DNA from: Hormiphora californensis | Lineage: Eukaryota; Animalia; Ctenophora | Length of the DNA stretch: 64,000 nucleotides | Direction of reading: 5' to 3' | Assembly: GCA_020137815.1 (NCBI GenBank) | Contig: CM035357.1 | Span: 7,750,001-7,814,000, forward strand | Shown: positions 52,199 to 64,000 of the stretch, piece after piece | How the letters are laid out: the number at the start of each line of letters is the position of its first letter | Position numbering within the stretch: the stretch's first letter is position 1 | The notes under the pieces: generated by a model | The model's database searches: none | Told to the model about the DNA's origin: nothing | Seen by the model: only the letters and a program-made list of their open reading frames with translations | Position numbers and translations under genes: made by a program

Positions 52199-52347
52199 TC
52201 TTTGGTTTACTTCCAGGCCATACTACGAGTGGGCTCTAGTAAATTGTGGAGGTTTGTGCTTCCGATGTTCTCACTGGCAAGGATGGACAGGACCGAGTGG
52301 TTAGTACGAATTACTGAACCTCAAGTCTCCACTACTGCAGCCGCGTG

Positions 52348-52923
52348 AAGATAGGGTGGCATTGCACCAGAGGACGGTACTAAGATAGGGTGACATTGCA
52401 CCAGAGGACGGTACTAAGATAGGGTGGCATTGCACCAGAGGACGGTACTAAGATAGGGTGAGATTGCACCAGAGGACGGTACTAAGATAGGGTGACATTG
52501 CACCAGAGGACGGTACTAAGATAGGGTGGCATTGCACCAGAGGACGGTACTAAGATAGGGTGACATTGCACCAGAGGACGGTACTAAGATAGGGTGACAT
52601 TGCACCAGAGGACGGTACTAAGATAGGGTGACATTGCACCAGAGGACGGTACTAAGATAGGGTGACATTGCACCAGAGGACGGTACTAAGATAGGGTGAC
52701 ATTGCACCAGAGGACGGTACTAAGATAGGGTGGCATTGCACCAGAGGACGGTACTAAGATAGGGTGGCATTGCACCAGAGGACGGTACTAAGATAGGGTG
52801 GCATTGCACCAGAGGACGGTACTAAGATAGGGTGGCATTGCACCAGAGGACGGTACTAAGATAGGGTGGCATTGCACCAGAGGACGGTACTAAGATAAGG
52901 TGACATTGCACCAGAGGACGGTA
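52348..52923. repeat. 34-bp minisatellite (AAGATAGGGTGACATTGCACCAGAGGACGGTACT)n, ~17 copies
   Basis: Directly visible; nearly identical units. Confidence 0.97.
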
Positions 52924-53044
52924 GCTAAAGAAATGAAGTTATTATGAAATGCAATTGTATGATTTCATACCCATACTATTCGAATTGTTTGTAACTTTGT
53001 CGCGCCCCCTGTTTGTGCGCCCGTAGGGGCAAGTAACTTTGTAC

Positions 53045-56000
53045 CTTTTGGTCGAGGAGATTATTGATGTCGGTATTACTACCAGTACCGCTAGTAGCAA
53101 CTACTGAGATCTTCCTCACATTACCACCCTTGGTAGCTTCTGCAATCAGTGCTTGTAGTTGATCGTTCTAGGGGGGAGGGGGTGAGGGTAGTCGACAACT
53201 ACTAGTCAACCACTAGGGGGGGGGGGGTGAGGTTAGTCGACAACTACTAGTCGACCACTAGGGGGAGGGGGGTGAGGGTAGTCGACAACTACTAGTCGAC
53301 CACTAGGGGGAGGGGGGTGAGGGTAGTCGACAACTACTAGTCAACCACTAGGGGGGGGGGGGGTGAGGTTAGTCGACAACTACTAGTCGACCACTAGGGG
53401 GGGGGGAGGGGGTGAGGGTAGTCGACAACTACTAGTCGACCACTAGGGGGAGGGGGTGAGGGTAGTCGACAACTACTAGTCGACCACTAGGGGGAGGGGG
53501 TGAGGGTAGTCGACAACTACTAGTCGACCACTAGGGGGAGGGGGGCATATGAGGGTAGTCGACAACTACTAGTCGACCACTAGGGGGAGGGGGGAGGGGG
53601 TGAGGGTAGTCGACAACTACTAGTCGACCACTAGGGGGAGGGGGTGAGGGTAGTCGACAACTACTAGTCGACCACTAGGGGGAGGGGGGTGAGGGTAGTC
53701 GACAACTACTAGTCGACCACTAGGGGGAGGGGGGTGAGGGTAGTCGACAACTACTAGTCGACCACTAGGGGGAGGGGGGCATATGAGGGTAGTCGACCTC
53801 CAATATTGCGAGAGATGTAAATGCTAAATACATTTTGGGTGGCTACTGGTAACTAATATAAGTGAGGGAGGGAATTAAAATTGGTACACAGACATGCTGA
53901 CTGATGCCTGTTATACTGGCAAGACATATCGTGAGATCACTACAACGGATTCAAAATGACTCACCTGCTCGGTTTCCCTCTGTTTTCTTCGTTTCGCCTT
54001 TTCCTTTTCCTTCTTTAACCTGTCCACCTTCTTCTTTTCTTCTTTCAGCTGTTTTTCAATGTTCACATTGGTAGTGTTGTTAATAACGTGGACCTCTGTG
54101 ACCTGTAAGAAGGAACACATCACTTATAGCAGTGAGCAATAAGCATTAAGCAGTGAGCAGTGAGCAGTGAGCACTAAGAAGTGAGCAATGAGCAGTGAGC
54201 ACTAAGCAGTGAGCACTAAGCAGTGAGCACTAAGCAGAGAGCACTAAGCAGAGAGCAATAAGCAGTGAGCAGTCTGAGCAGTGAGCAATAAGCAGTGAGC
54301 ACTAAGCAGTGAGCACTAAGCAGTGAGCACTCAGCAGTGATCACTAAGCAGTGAGCACTAAGCAGTGAGCACTAAGCAGTGAGCACTAAGCAGTGAGCAG
54401 TGAGCAGTGAGCACTAAGCAGTGAGCACTAAGCAGTGAGCAGTGAGCACTAAGCAGTGATCACTAAGCAGTGAGCACTAAACAGTGATCAGTGATCACTA
54501 AGCAGTGAGCACTAAGCAGTGAGCACTAAGCAGTGAGCAGTGAGCACTAAGCAGTGAGCACTAAGCAGTGAGCACTAAACAGTGAGCACTAAGCACAGTC
54601 TACTCTCCTAACACCGACCATATATATGGTGTGCGGACTCTAGTGCTACACTCTAAGTCTACAGTGGACTCTATATCTAAATTTAGATTTAGATAAAGAG
54701 TCCAAATAAGTCTAAACTCTAGGAGGACTCTATATCTAAAAAGTCTACACAGGGCGGACTCTTTATCTAAAAAGTCTAAACAAAGTGGACTCTATATCTA
54801 CATAAATCTAAATTAGATATAGAGTCCGCCTTTCGCCGCGAACTCGAGATTTCGGCCGTTAGGCCGGAAACGAGAGTTTGCTCTACCCCTATACTAATTT
54901 AGAAGTGTTAGGGCCGTTATTTGGGTTCGAGGTTAGGGTTAGGGTTAGTGTTAGGGTTAGGTTTTGGGTTGGGTTAGGATTTTAGACATAGAGTCCGGGT
55001 TGGAGGATTTGGCGCCAAAATGTACTAGAGGACTCTATATCTAAAAATTCTACACAGGGCGGACTCTTTATCTAAAAAGTCTACACAGGGAGGACTCTTT
55101 ATCTAAACTTTTTTCAAAATCTAACTGTAGATAAAGAGTCCGTTTTTAGATATAGAGTCCGCCTTGGATTTAGATAAAGAGTCCGTTAGCACTAGAGTCC
55201 GCCCACCCATATATATAACACCGAGGGAACGGATATAGTGGCAAATTCATGAGAGCCGGTAAAGTTAACAATCATACTATTATTAAAGCAAATAGGGAAA
55301 TGATGGGTGATGGTATTTTTACCAAATATGGCATTTTGCACGTGCAGGTTTAGAGGTGGAGTACTTCAGCTGGAGTGGGGCCAGGGGTGGGAGCCGTTAC
55401 CAAGGATTGTTGCTACTATACTGCAGTTGCACGTGCATCTGATCTTGCTTTGCTTTGCGTCACTGTTCCGGCTACTATGCTCTCTTCAACAATAGTTAAT
55501 ATACGACAGCGACAACTGGAGTTACTCATGCAAGATCCGACCACCGTTCTCTACTTTTCCATACACTGAGGGGTGCAGTAACACCAATAGAACGAACAAG
55601 ACGTTGGAGGTTAAACCGAACCGATGATCAGTCTCAGAGATCAAGGCAGATGGATGCTGCACACAGACGTAACACGAGGAGTCTGCAAAATAGAAAGTTC
55701 TTTTTCCACTTTGAGCATTATCATCTGACGTTCTAAAACTCGCAGCGATCCCGCCTGAGCTCCTTTTACGGTACCGTAACTTAAGATGGTGTCAAAAGTT
55801 CGAGATTGGTGACATTCGCGAGACTGTCATTGTCCAAAAGATGTCAGTTTTCCTAATTCAGCTACCATTTCCCTGAAATTCGCCCGTAGGGCGAACGGGT
55901 TTACTAGTTTAGTATAATACATGGTACATTGAGAAGATTAAAGAAAAGCATGTTAATTGATGATAAAGATTTAATAAAGAACCTTTCTATGTTCAATGAT

Positions 56001-59000
56001 GCGAGTGCTGTTTGAAGGATCTGCAGGATTCATGCCCGTGAGATTCATATCAAGATCTTCCGCGTTCACACCACTCATATCATACACATTTTTAACCTGT
56101 TGTTCATTTTTAAACTGTTAAGCAGTGAGCACTAAGCAGTGAGCAGTGAGCACTAAGCAGTGAGCACTAAGCAGTGAGCACTAAACAGTGAGCACTAAGC
56201 ACAGTCTACTCTCCTAACACCGACCATATATATAACACCGAGGGAACGGATATAGTGGCAAATTCATGAGAGCCGGTAAAGTTAACAATCATACTATTAT
56301 TAAAGCAAATAGGGAAATGATGGGTGATGGTATTTTTACCAAATATGGCATTTTGCACGTGCAGGTTTAGAGGTGGAGTACTTCAGCTGGAGTGGGGCCA
56401 GGGGTGGGAGCCGTTACCAAGGATTGTTGCTACTATACTGCAGTTGCACGTGCATCTGATCTTGCTTTGCTTTGCGTCACTGTTCCGGCTACTATGCTCT
56501 CTTCAACAATAGTTAATATACGACAGCGACAACTGGAGTTACTCATGCAAGATCCGACCACCGTTCTCTACTTTTCCATACACTGAGGGGTGCAGTAACA
56601 CCAATAGAACGAACAAGACGTTGGAGGTTAAACCGAACCGATGATCAGTCTCAGAGATCAAGGCAGATGGATGCTGCACACAGACGTAACACGAGGAGTC
56701 TGCAAAATAGAAAGTTCTTTTTCCACTTTGAGCATTATCATCTGACGTTCTAAAACTCGCAGCGATCCCGCCTGAGCTCCTTTTACGGTACCGTAACTTA
56801 AGATGGTGTCAACAGTTCGAGATTGGTGACATTCGCGAGACTGTCATTGTCCAAAAGATGTCAGTTTTCCTAATTCAGCTACCATTTCCCTGAAATTCGC
56901 CCGTAGGGCGAACGGGTTTACTAGTTTAGTATAATACATGGTACATTGAGAAGATTAAAGAAAAGCATGTTAATTGATGATAAAGATTTAATAAAGAACC
57001 TTTCTATGTTCAATGATGCGAGTGCTGTTTGAAGGATCTGCAGGATTCATGCCCGTGAGATTCATATCAAGATCTTCCGCGTTCACACCACTCATATCAT
57101 ACACATTTTTAACCTGTTGATATTAGTACTATTTAGTTACCTGGGATATAACGTCTTTGTTTATGTTAATATCAGGGTAGGGATTGTGGACTGACTGCAG
57201 TTAAAAAGAGTGTTAGTTTAAGCAATTAGTAAAGTATGATTGGATATTTGGACTGTCTCCATCATGATACCGAGACTAACTATATAGTTAGACTGTAATT
57301 TAGTATAATACCTCAGTGAGGATTGAAAGTCTACGTTTTTTCATTGCATCTTCTCCGATTTCAATTGCTGCCTTCTCATCAGGGATCTTGTTGAGGTCTG
57401 AGGGAGGGGGTTTTTCAGCAGCAGAAAGATACAAAGTCAGATCTGATCTTCCCAACTATAACAATTGGTGTCTGCTAATTAACGCTAATTGAGAGTTAAT
57501 TACCTGCTAATAGGGTAGGTGGAATGTTGAGCATCCGGGATGTTCGCCGCTGCTTCACTTTCTTGTCATAGTCACTGTCCGTTTCAGTTAGGCTGAGGGA
57601 CTCAAAGGATTTAACCTGAGAAGTGGGGTGTGTGTGTAACCCTGTCAGAACTTATCATATTATTTGTATTGTTGTTGAGTAACACTACAACTCTGTCAAT
57701 ATCAGCCAACTAACTGTACCTTGTGGTTGTGGTGGTCAGGATCATCCCCGCTGATGGAGCCAATTGGAGTCAATGTAGTCATCCAACTAAACAACTTCTC
57801 TGGATCAGTAGGGGTCATCTCAGACTGCACAAAGGGAGGGTTTCACAGGATGAACAACGATACAATATGGTATGAAATAAATTGACAGACACACAATTAA
57901 TGATTTGATCTATCGAACCCTCACAGAGTGGAGAGAGCCGCACAGTTAATGATGGGGTTGAATTGATGCCATAGAGAAATAGGAAAACTGCTACTTATTA
58001 TAACACTGTATTATGTACCTGATCAAAATCCACATCAAAATCGTTATCTTCAGGATCAAAGCTGAGTTGGGATTTATCTTGTTCGTTACCAGCCCAGTCA
58101 CGGGGTGCTAGTGTGTTGCCTCCCCCCTTTGTTGGGGGCACAGGCTCATCTACCACTGAACCACCTAGGAAAATAACATAATAGGAACCTGATTATGGTA
58201 CGGAACAAGTTTTTAATATCTTCTCTGGCTGCTAATCTCACTTTCTCTCTGACATGGTACCGTGGAAAAGATTTCACAGGATCAGATGACAGGAATCACA
58301 CCTTCTCATGCTGTGAGCGGATAGTGGGCAGGTATAGATCGTGGTAGATCTAAACACTTACTTCCAACTTTGAATCCTTGGATACTCTCTGTGGGTATTG
58401 GTGGAGAGATGACACCGCCCTGCAAATCAGAGGACATGTCACCTGACATGTCACCTGACCCCATATCCCCTGAATGCGGGGTATCGTTCTGAAATGGGGG
58501 GAGACATGATAGTTACCAATACCCTCCCTGTATTGAGTATTACATCTCCGGCTCCCTCAGTGTCTGAGGTCTGGGTTTGGTATACACCCCCACCGCGTCT
58601 ATCTAGTAGACACACGACGGATAGACACTGCCTATAACACTGTCTATAACTCACCACTATGCTCTCAATATCGGCCATGCTATGTGGGTTGGTGTCTTAT
58701 ATACCTGTGTCTATAACTCACCACTATACTCTCAATATCGGCCATGCTATGTGGGTTGGTGTCCTATATACCTGTGTCTATAACTCACCACTATACTCTC
58801 AATATCGGCCATGCTATGTGGGTTGGTGTCCTCTCCAGGTCCCATGGGGGCCAGAGCACCTGATCCAGGCTCAGAACCATCCGGAACATCCCCACCATCC
58901 TGTACCTGGAGGAGGGAGGTGGGTGAACATCAGTGAGAATAGGGTAGTATGGAACGGGTGATAAATGAGGTAGTGATCAGTTCAGTGGGATGGTGCAGTA

Positions 59001-62000
59001 GTCTAAGTAAAAAGAGAACTAGAGAATCCCCTCTCTCCCACCTGACTGAGAGGTTTCTCATTCTCCAACTCTGGCACATCCTCCTTCTTTGCCAGGGGCT
59101 GTTGCTGATCAGCAGGTCCCACTATCTCACCAGGACCAGTGGGTATCACTGCGGGCTGCTCTTGCTTATCCTTTGGTTCGTATATTGGGTTATCAACTAC
59201 TTTGCTGTTCTATATAGGGGGAGGCCAAGGAAGGAATTGATATAGGGGGCCACTAGGGAGCTAGATTAAAAGAGGAACAGGCCTTAATGTTCACATTGAG
59301 TAGAGGGATCGATACGAAGACTTAATCCCTAGTAGTTCTAGTTCATGTTAGTTGTTAACTGTTAATTAACAACATTACCTTGCCAAGAGTCTCCTCCTTT
59401 TCAGATTTATCAGCTGCTCCTTTGCAGCAATCACACATGCAATGTGCTGAGAATGCCTTGGCCAGGGTAGCAAGACAAGGACATGCCTTCATTAGAGCAG
59501 AGTTGGGCTTGCACTGAAAATATAGACCTTGTAGTTTGCAAATCAAATTAACAACATGATGTTGATTGTTCTGACTTCTCAACTATACTTACACAGCAGC
59601 ACTTGCAGCATATGAGAAGGAGGACTCCCAGCAGTAGAATACCAAATATAATTCCCAGGGCGAGTATGATTCCCATACCTTCCTCATCATCCTCACTACC
59701 AGTTGCAGCCCCTGCCCCTCCTGTAGCTGCCCCGGTATCTCCACCAACAGCAGCCCCTGTAGCCGCCCCTGTAGCGGCCCCTTCATCTACACCTCCACCT
59801 GTCGCAGCACCAATAGCAGCCCCGGTTAGACAATCTGCAGTGGGATATAGTAGTTATTATAACTGATAATAGACTGATAGGTTGTCATACTATAATATAC
59901 ATCATTGTTTCTTCGCGCACGCTTCAGCTCGGTTCGGAGAGGGCAGTCTAATACAACAGCTCAAAAGTGTTGGACAACATACCGTCTTTTGCAGTAGAGA
60001 GGTAGTAGAAGGCAGTGGTGTGATAAAAGTAGTACAGACAGTCATTCACAACAATAGTGCACTCTCGAACACCTAATAAAGATGGGGTTAGCGATGGAAT
60101 GTACTACTGTACTACTGTAATGGGTACCGACTATCCTCCACCCTCGGGGAATACTGCTGTCGATTATCCTCCACCCCACATCGTATGATATGCCTCCTGA
60201 CAAATGACAAATGCCCGATATTAAACGAAAAACTAGTTATGACACATGACTTCAAGCATGGATCCACTCCAAATACCTATCTGAAGACCCTAGTAAAGTC
60301 AGCTTAGGGGACATTTTTCATGTGAGGTTAAATTTTCTTCAGGCACCCGGGTGCTCGAAGTTATAGATTACGTAGTGAGGGCAATAACAGAACTACAGCG
60401 AATATTGTATTGAAACAATGTGCATTGAAACAATGTTCGTGATGTGAGAAATGAAACTTGCAGGTCCAAAATAAATGTCTCGTCTCCACATTGTCCATAC
60501 TTTTTTTTAATAAAAAAACAGCTTCAGGCGACTCAATATCCTATTCCCTTTTCAATAGTTCATTGTTCACACTAGGTTGGGAAAATAACGTGTCCCTCTG
60601 CGAAGATTACATAAAGAAAAGGGTTGAGTAGAGAGGTAAGGATGGGTAGAATCTGATAAATAACGAAATTTATCACAAACTTCCCAACAGGTACCTCTCT
60701 TCCCTCTACATGAAGTGATGTGTAGATCTTACTAGCAAGAGATATAGCGAGAAGGAAACTGACAAAAGAAAACATGCTGTAAAAGTTCATTATAAGTAGT
60801 TTTATAGTTCCTCTAATAGTCGATCTGGCCTGTGCTCTTCCTCCCTCTGTCTTGTTATGTATTACAACGAGGCGGTGTACCGTCAGACAACTAGCAATTA
60901 ACCCCACGAACTGAACCATCAACATGGGGACAGCTGCCACGAAAAAGGGCCAATATTTCATGAACGCCTCTAATGCACCCCACTGATTAGTCATGATGTT
61001 GCGAGCTGGGAAGATTGTATTCCCGTTTGCTAGGTATAACAGGTAGAAATGTTTCGTATCCACTACACAGAGAAAATAAACGCAGGAAGGGTATGATATA
61101 CACGCCATTAGGAGCCAAAGTATAGCTTTTTCATTGAAAATACAAAGCGGGTAGGATATCTTGACATATCGGACTGATGTGAAAATCCCAGTAGTCGAGA
61201 TCGGAGCGAAGAATAGAAAACTGGAAAATATTGGGTAAATAAGGAAGTGAATCGGGGCAGTTTTTTGGTAGACCACGTCAATCATTGTGTAGTAGTGATC
61301 TTCGCACAGCTGAGTAAGGTTTTCAGTAAAACCCCGTGACGCCATATTAGGATTTGTCTGACTCATACAACTGTCCATGTCTTTGCTGCCCCACATTGCC
61401 ATCGCACCCTTGGGGGAGAGAAAAGCACATACCAGAAGGTCCACAATAGACAAAACCAGATAGAGGGATCGAGAGAGTGATGGTGGTTTTTGGTAGTTGT
61501 GACGGGAGACTGCGAGGTTTAGCGGGATGCCAATACAGGGAATTAGTAGGAAACCAATGAACAATCCAAAATCTGGAAACGAAGTTCCTCCCTCGCTAAA
61601 GTGGGCCATACTGCAGCAACAAACTGTTTATTAACTATTTTTAAAAGGGGGTAAGATACCATGAACACTTACAACATACATAGAAAAGATTGTTAAACTA
61701 CGGAAATGAATATTTATGGAATATTATGTTGAGTTTCCATGACAACTTGATCCATAATTGATGTCATGTCTAACACCTGTACTATAGCAGAACACTGTCC
61801 TATATCAGCTGTATAACTATACAGAGCACATCTTTCAGAAATATTAGTACTACTATTATAATAGGTAGCTCTATCCACTGATAATTGGGGTGGTCAAACA
61901 GGAGTAACACGGTGATTTTGTAGAAATGATATGGGCTGACTATTATTATTCGGGAAATCATTGAAGAACATGAGTATCAGGGCCGGTAACCTAAGAGCCG

Positions 62001-63232
62001 CCACATATACCTCCTCGTGTGGCATGTCAACCACATGAAAAAAGTTTTAAAAAGTTGAATCTATCTAAAACTAGTATGGTAACAAATCAATATTACTTGA
62101 TGGTAGAGCGGAGATAGAGGTCACTTGGTTGGTAGTCACTGAACTACACTCAGCCAAACACTTGCTTTCTCCCTTATCAAAGATACAACTAGCACAGCGC
62201 TCGTAGTCTTCACATGTAGTGCAGATCTGGATAGGGATATGAAAGGTCACACGAGGGGTTTCATTAGAAAAACGATAGAAAGAAGATACGTACGGTGCAT
62301 TTGGTGCAGAGTTTCCCTTTCCATCCATCATTGCAGGTACATGTACCACGTACACAGGTACCATGACCACCACACGTCTTCCTTTCACCCTACATAACAG
62401 TACGTGTTAGTTTTAAAGAACTAGAGAACCCGTCAACATGTTAGATTGAAAGATGTTTTACAAAATGGAGCTATCAAGATAGCCACTTTAATACTTTATT
62501 TACTCACATCGACAACAGAGAGACAGGCATCATTAGAGTATTGGCACGCCTCCCCTGTATATGTCCCATAACATACACACTTCTCTTTCACACACGTTCC
62601 TGAGAGGAAACAATATAGCAACATATAGTTATTGACTAGCCGATCTCGTTTCATAATTCGAACTTTCATCACTATGAACCATGGACCTCACCTCGATCAG
62701 AACAAGCTTCAACCTTGAAACTATCACCATATCTAACTATCCCCTTGGGACAGTTTAGATGGTCGTACTGACAGTACTTTCCATACGACTGAAACAAAGG
62801 ATTGTTAGATCTACTACTTCATAAAACTTTATGGTAACCATGGTAACCATGCTACTTACAAACGGTTGACATTTGCACTTTCCACACTGGCATTCTCCAC
62901 GGTTAGAGCACTCCGGCTTGGCATTAGGACTCCGACTCTTTGGGTTGATACATTGGGTAAGAAGGCCATGGCTGCCCATTGCGCATCCACACTTATCACC
63001 TACCCAACCTGTATGAGGAGAGACCTGTATCAGCTATCTGGGACCTGTCAGGCCATTGCTCTGACCGCGGTTCAGGCCAATGCTCTGGTCATATAGTCTA
63101 GGGACCCGGGGGGTCAGGGATGGATCACATACCTTCATTACAGAAGCATGCCCCACCCTGATATGATCCATTACCATTACACTTTGTACTGTCAGGCTCC
63201 ACTGGGAGATCTATAGTGCACATCGTCTCCAG
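53045..63232 (-). CDS. Integrin beta subunit, 3' part (I-EGF1-4, beta-tail, TM, long cytoplasmic tail); 5' exons lie beyond 63232, last exon uncertain
   Basis: Phase-consistent exons: CNGNGSYQGGACFC, CSNRGECQCGKCKC, YGKYC, CGGHGTC, CEDYERCASC, CTIVVNDCLYYF, TM GIILALGIIFGILLLGVLLLI, then CCKCCC and NPIY. Confidence 0.85.
53168..53797. repeat. ~45-bp minisatellite with GTCGAC/ACTAGT palindromes and G-runs
   Basis: Directly visible, ~13 units. Confidence 0.95.
54128..54596. repeat. 14-bp (AAGCAGTGAGCACT)n repeat
   Basis: Directly visible; a shorter copy lies at 56119-56201. Confidence 0.95.
54599..55907 (+). mobile_element. Probable non-autonomous Helitron (second copy 56205-56924)
   Basis: 5' TC; 3' hairpin TTCGCCC-GTA-GGGCGAA 8 nt before CTAG|T. 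The 5' boundary is uncertain because it is preceded by G, not A. Confidence 0.55.
54628..55207. mobile_element. MULE-like foldback MITE with central TTAGGG repeats
   Basis: TIR GGTG(T/G)GCGGACTCTAGTGCTA; 9-bp TSD CATATATAT; empty site at 56225-56233. Confidence 0.9.
56119..57118 (+). repeat. ~1 kb near-identical tandem duplication of ~54512-56101 (minus the MITE)
   Basis: Identical ORF pairs 55307/56324 and 55375/56392; the sequences are colinear. Confidence 0.95.
58630..58830. repeat. 67-bp tandem repeat (3 copies) spanning an integrin exon/donor junction
   Basis: CCACTATACTCTCAATATCGGCCATGCTATG-like units at 58654, 58721 and 58788. Confidence 0.85.
60572..61609 (-). CDS. Intronless rhodopsin-like (class A) orphan GPCR, nested in an integrin intron
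   Basis: Seven hydrophobic segments; TM1 N, TM2 LSIVD, TM3 VRY..I.YP, TM7 NPFLY. Confidence 0.8.
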   Translation of the reverse strand: MAHFSEGGTSFPDFGLFIGFLLIPCIGIPLNLAVSRHNYQKPPSLSRSLYLVLSIVDLLVCAFLSPKGAMAMWGSKDMDSCMSQTNPNMASRGFTENLTQLCEDHYYTMIDVVYQKTAPIHFLIYPIFSSFLFFAPISTTGIFTSVRYVKISYPLCIFNEKAILWLLMACISYPSCVYFLCVVDTKHFYLLYLANGNTIFPARNIMTNQWGALEAFMKYWPFFVAAVPMLMVQFVGLIASCLTVHRLVVIHNKTEGGRAQARSTIRGTIKLLIMNFYSMFSFVSFLLAISLASKIYTSLHVEGREVPVGKFVINFVIYQILPILTSLLNPFLYVIFAEGHVIFPT

Positions 63233-64000
63233 CTGAGGAGGGGAGAAAGAAAGGGTAGAGTGAGGGGGAAGGGGAAGAGGGTTCGTGAAGGGGGGGGAAG
63301 AGGGTGGAGTGAGGGGGGTCTCTTTATAGTTGGCCCTATTGAAGTTTGATGCAGAAGTGCGTTTTAGGAAGTCGTGAGTTACGGCTGGCCTGATAATAGA
63401 AACACCTTGAGGTTTAGGTCACGCTTGTGTATTAAAAACAGAGTACAAGTCGTGCCCTAGGAGACAGAGGGAGAATTAGAGATGGATAGGAGAAAGAGAG
63501 AACGTGGGAGAGAGAATGATAGAATAGTAGAACTATGATCCCACGTATCGTGACTACTATTGGCCGTGATGCGTGACTGTACAACGCTCACGCAGCGTAC
63601 TGCAGTTTGGATCATCAGCGCGTGGAGTTGCTTTCTCTCAGGACTGTGTGAGAGAGAGCTAATGGGTATATGACAAAGAGAGAGGGAGAGAGGAGGGGAG
63701 GGCACAGTCACAGCTTGTACGGCAGATTCTATCTGTGCAGCTGTGATCTGTTAGCTAGCTATAGGTTTTACATATCATGCAGCTTAAGTGGTATCATTTA
63801 GATCACGGCATCACGCCTATTATAAGATGGGAGAGAAGAGGAGAGCTATAGAAAGACGGCATTCATTTTATTCATCGGGTGACATATTACCAATCTGTAA
63901 CTGGAGACATTATTATGCAAAATGCCAAAATATCCAAAGTGACGTTATTGAATTCAATGTATCTAACTTGTACTTGTCAACTACAAACCTCAACGCCAAG

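Overview
Repeat-rich animal genomic DNA, most likely a ctenophore. Three copies of a 30-43 nt motif (...TCAACACTACTTTAAACAAATTAATTTGAG) match the ctenophore spliced-leader (SL) exon as I recall it. Host genes are spliced: the N-terminal half of an ABCB1/P-glycoprotein (-), OTUD5 (+), two tandem paralogues of an unknown helical-repeat protein with Gly/Met-rich tails (-), an I29 papain-propeptide-like ORF (+), and the 3' part of an integrin beta with an unusually long cytoplasmic tail (-), which carries a same-strand intronless GPCR in one intron. Mobile DNA includes three CR1/L2-group LINEs, a CRE-like RLE retrotransposon, a Penelope element with a hammerhead ribozyme, ORF1-only non-autonomous retroelements, several MITEs, a probable Helitron and a 7.8 kb intronic 34-bp satellite. 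The standout observation is that an intact LINE, an ORF1-only retroelement and a third insert each begin with the SL exon and lack the SL intron. This suggests retrotransposons that get their 5' end by SL trans-splicing and retrotranspose it. Exon structures were worked out by eye and no searches were run.
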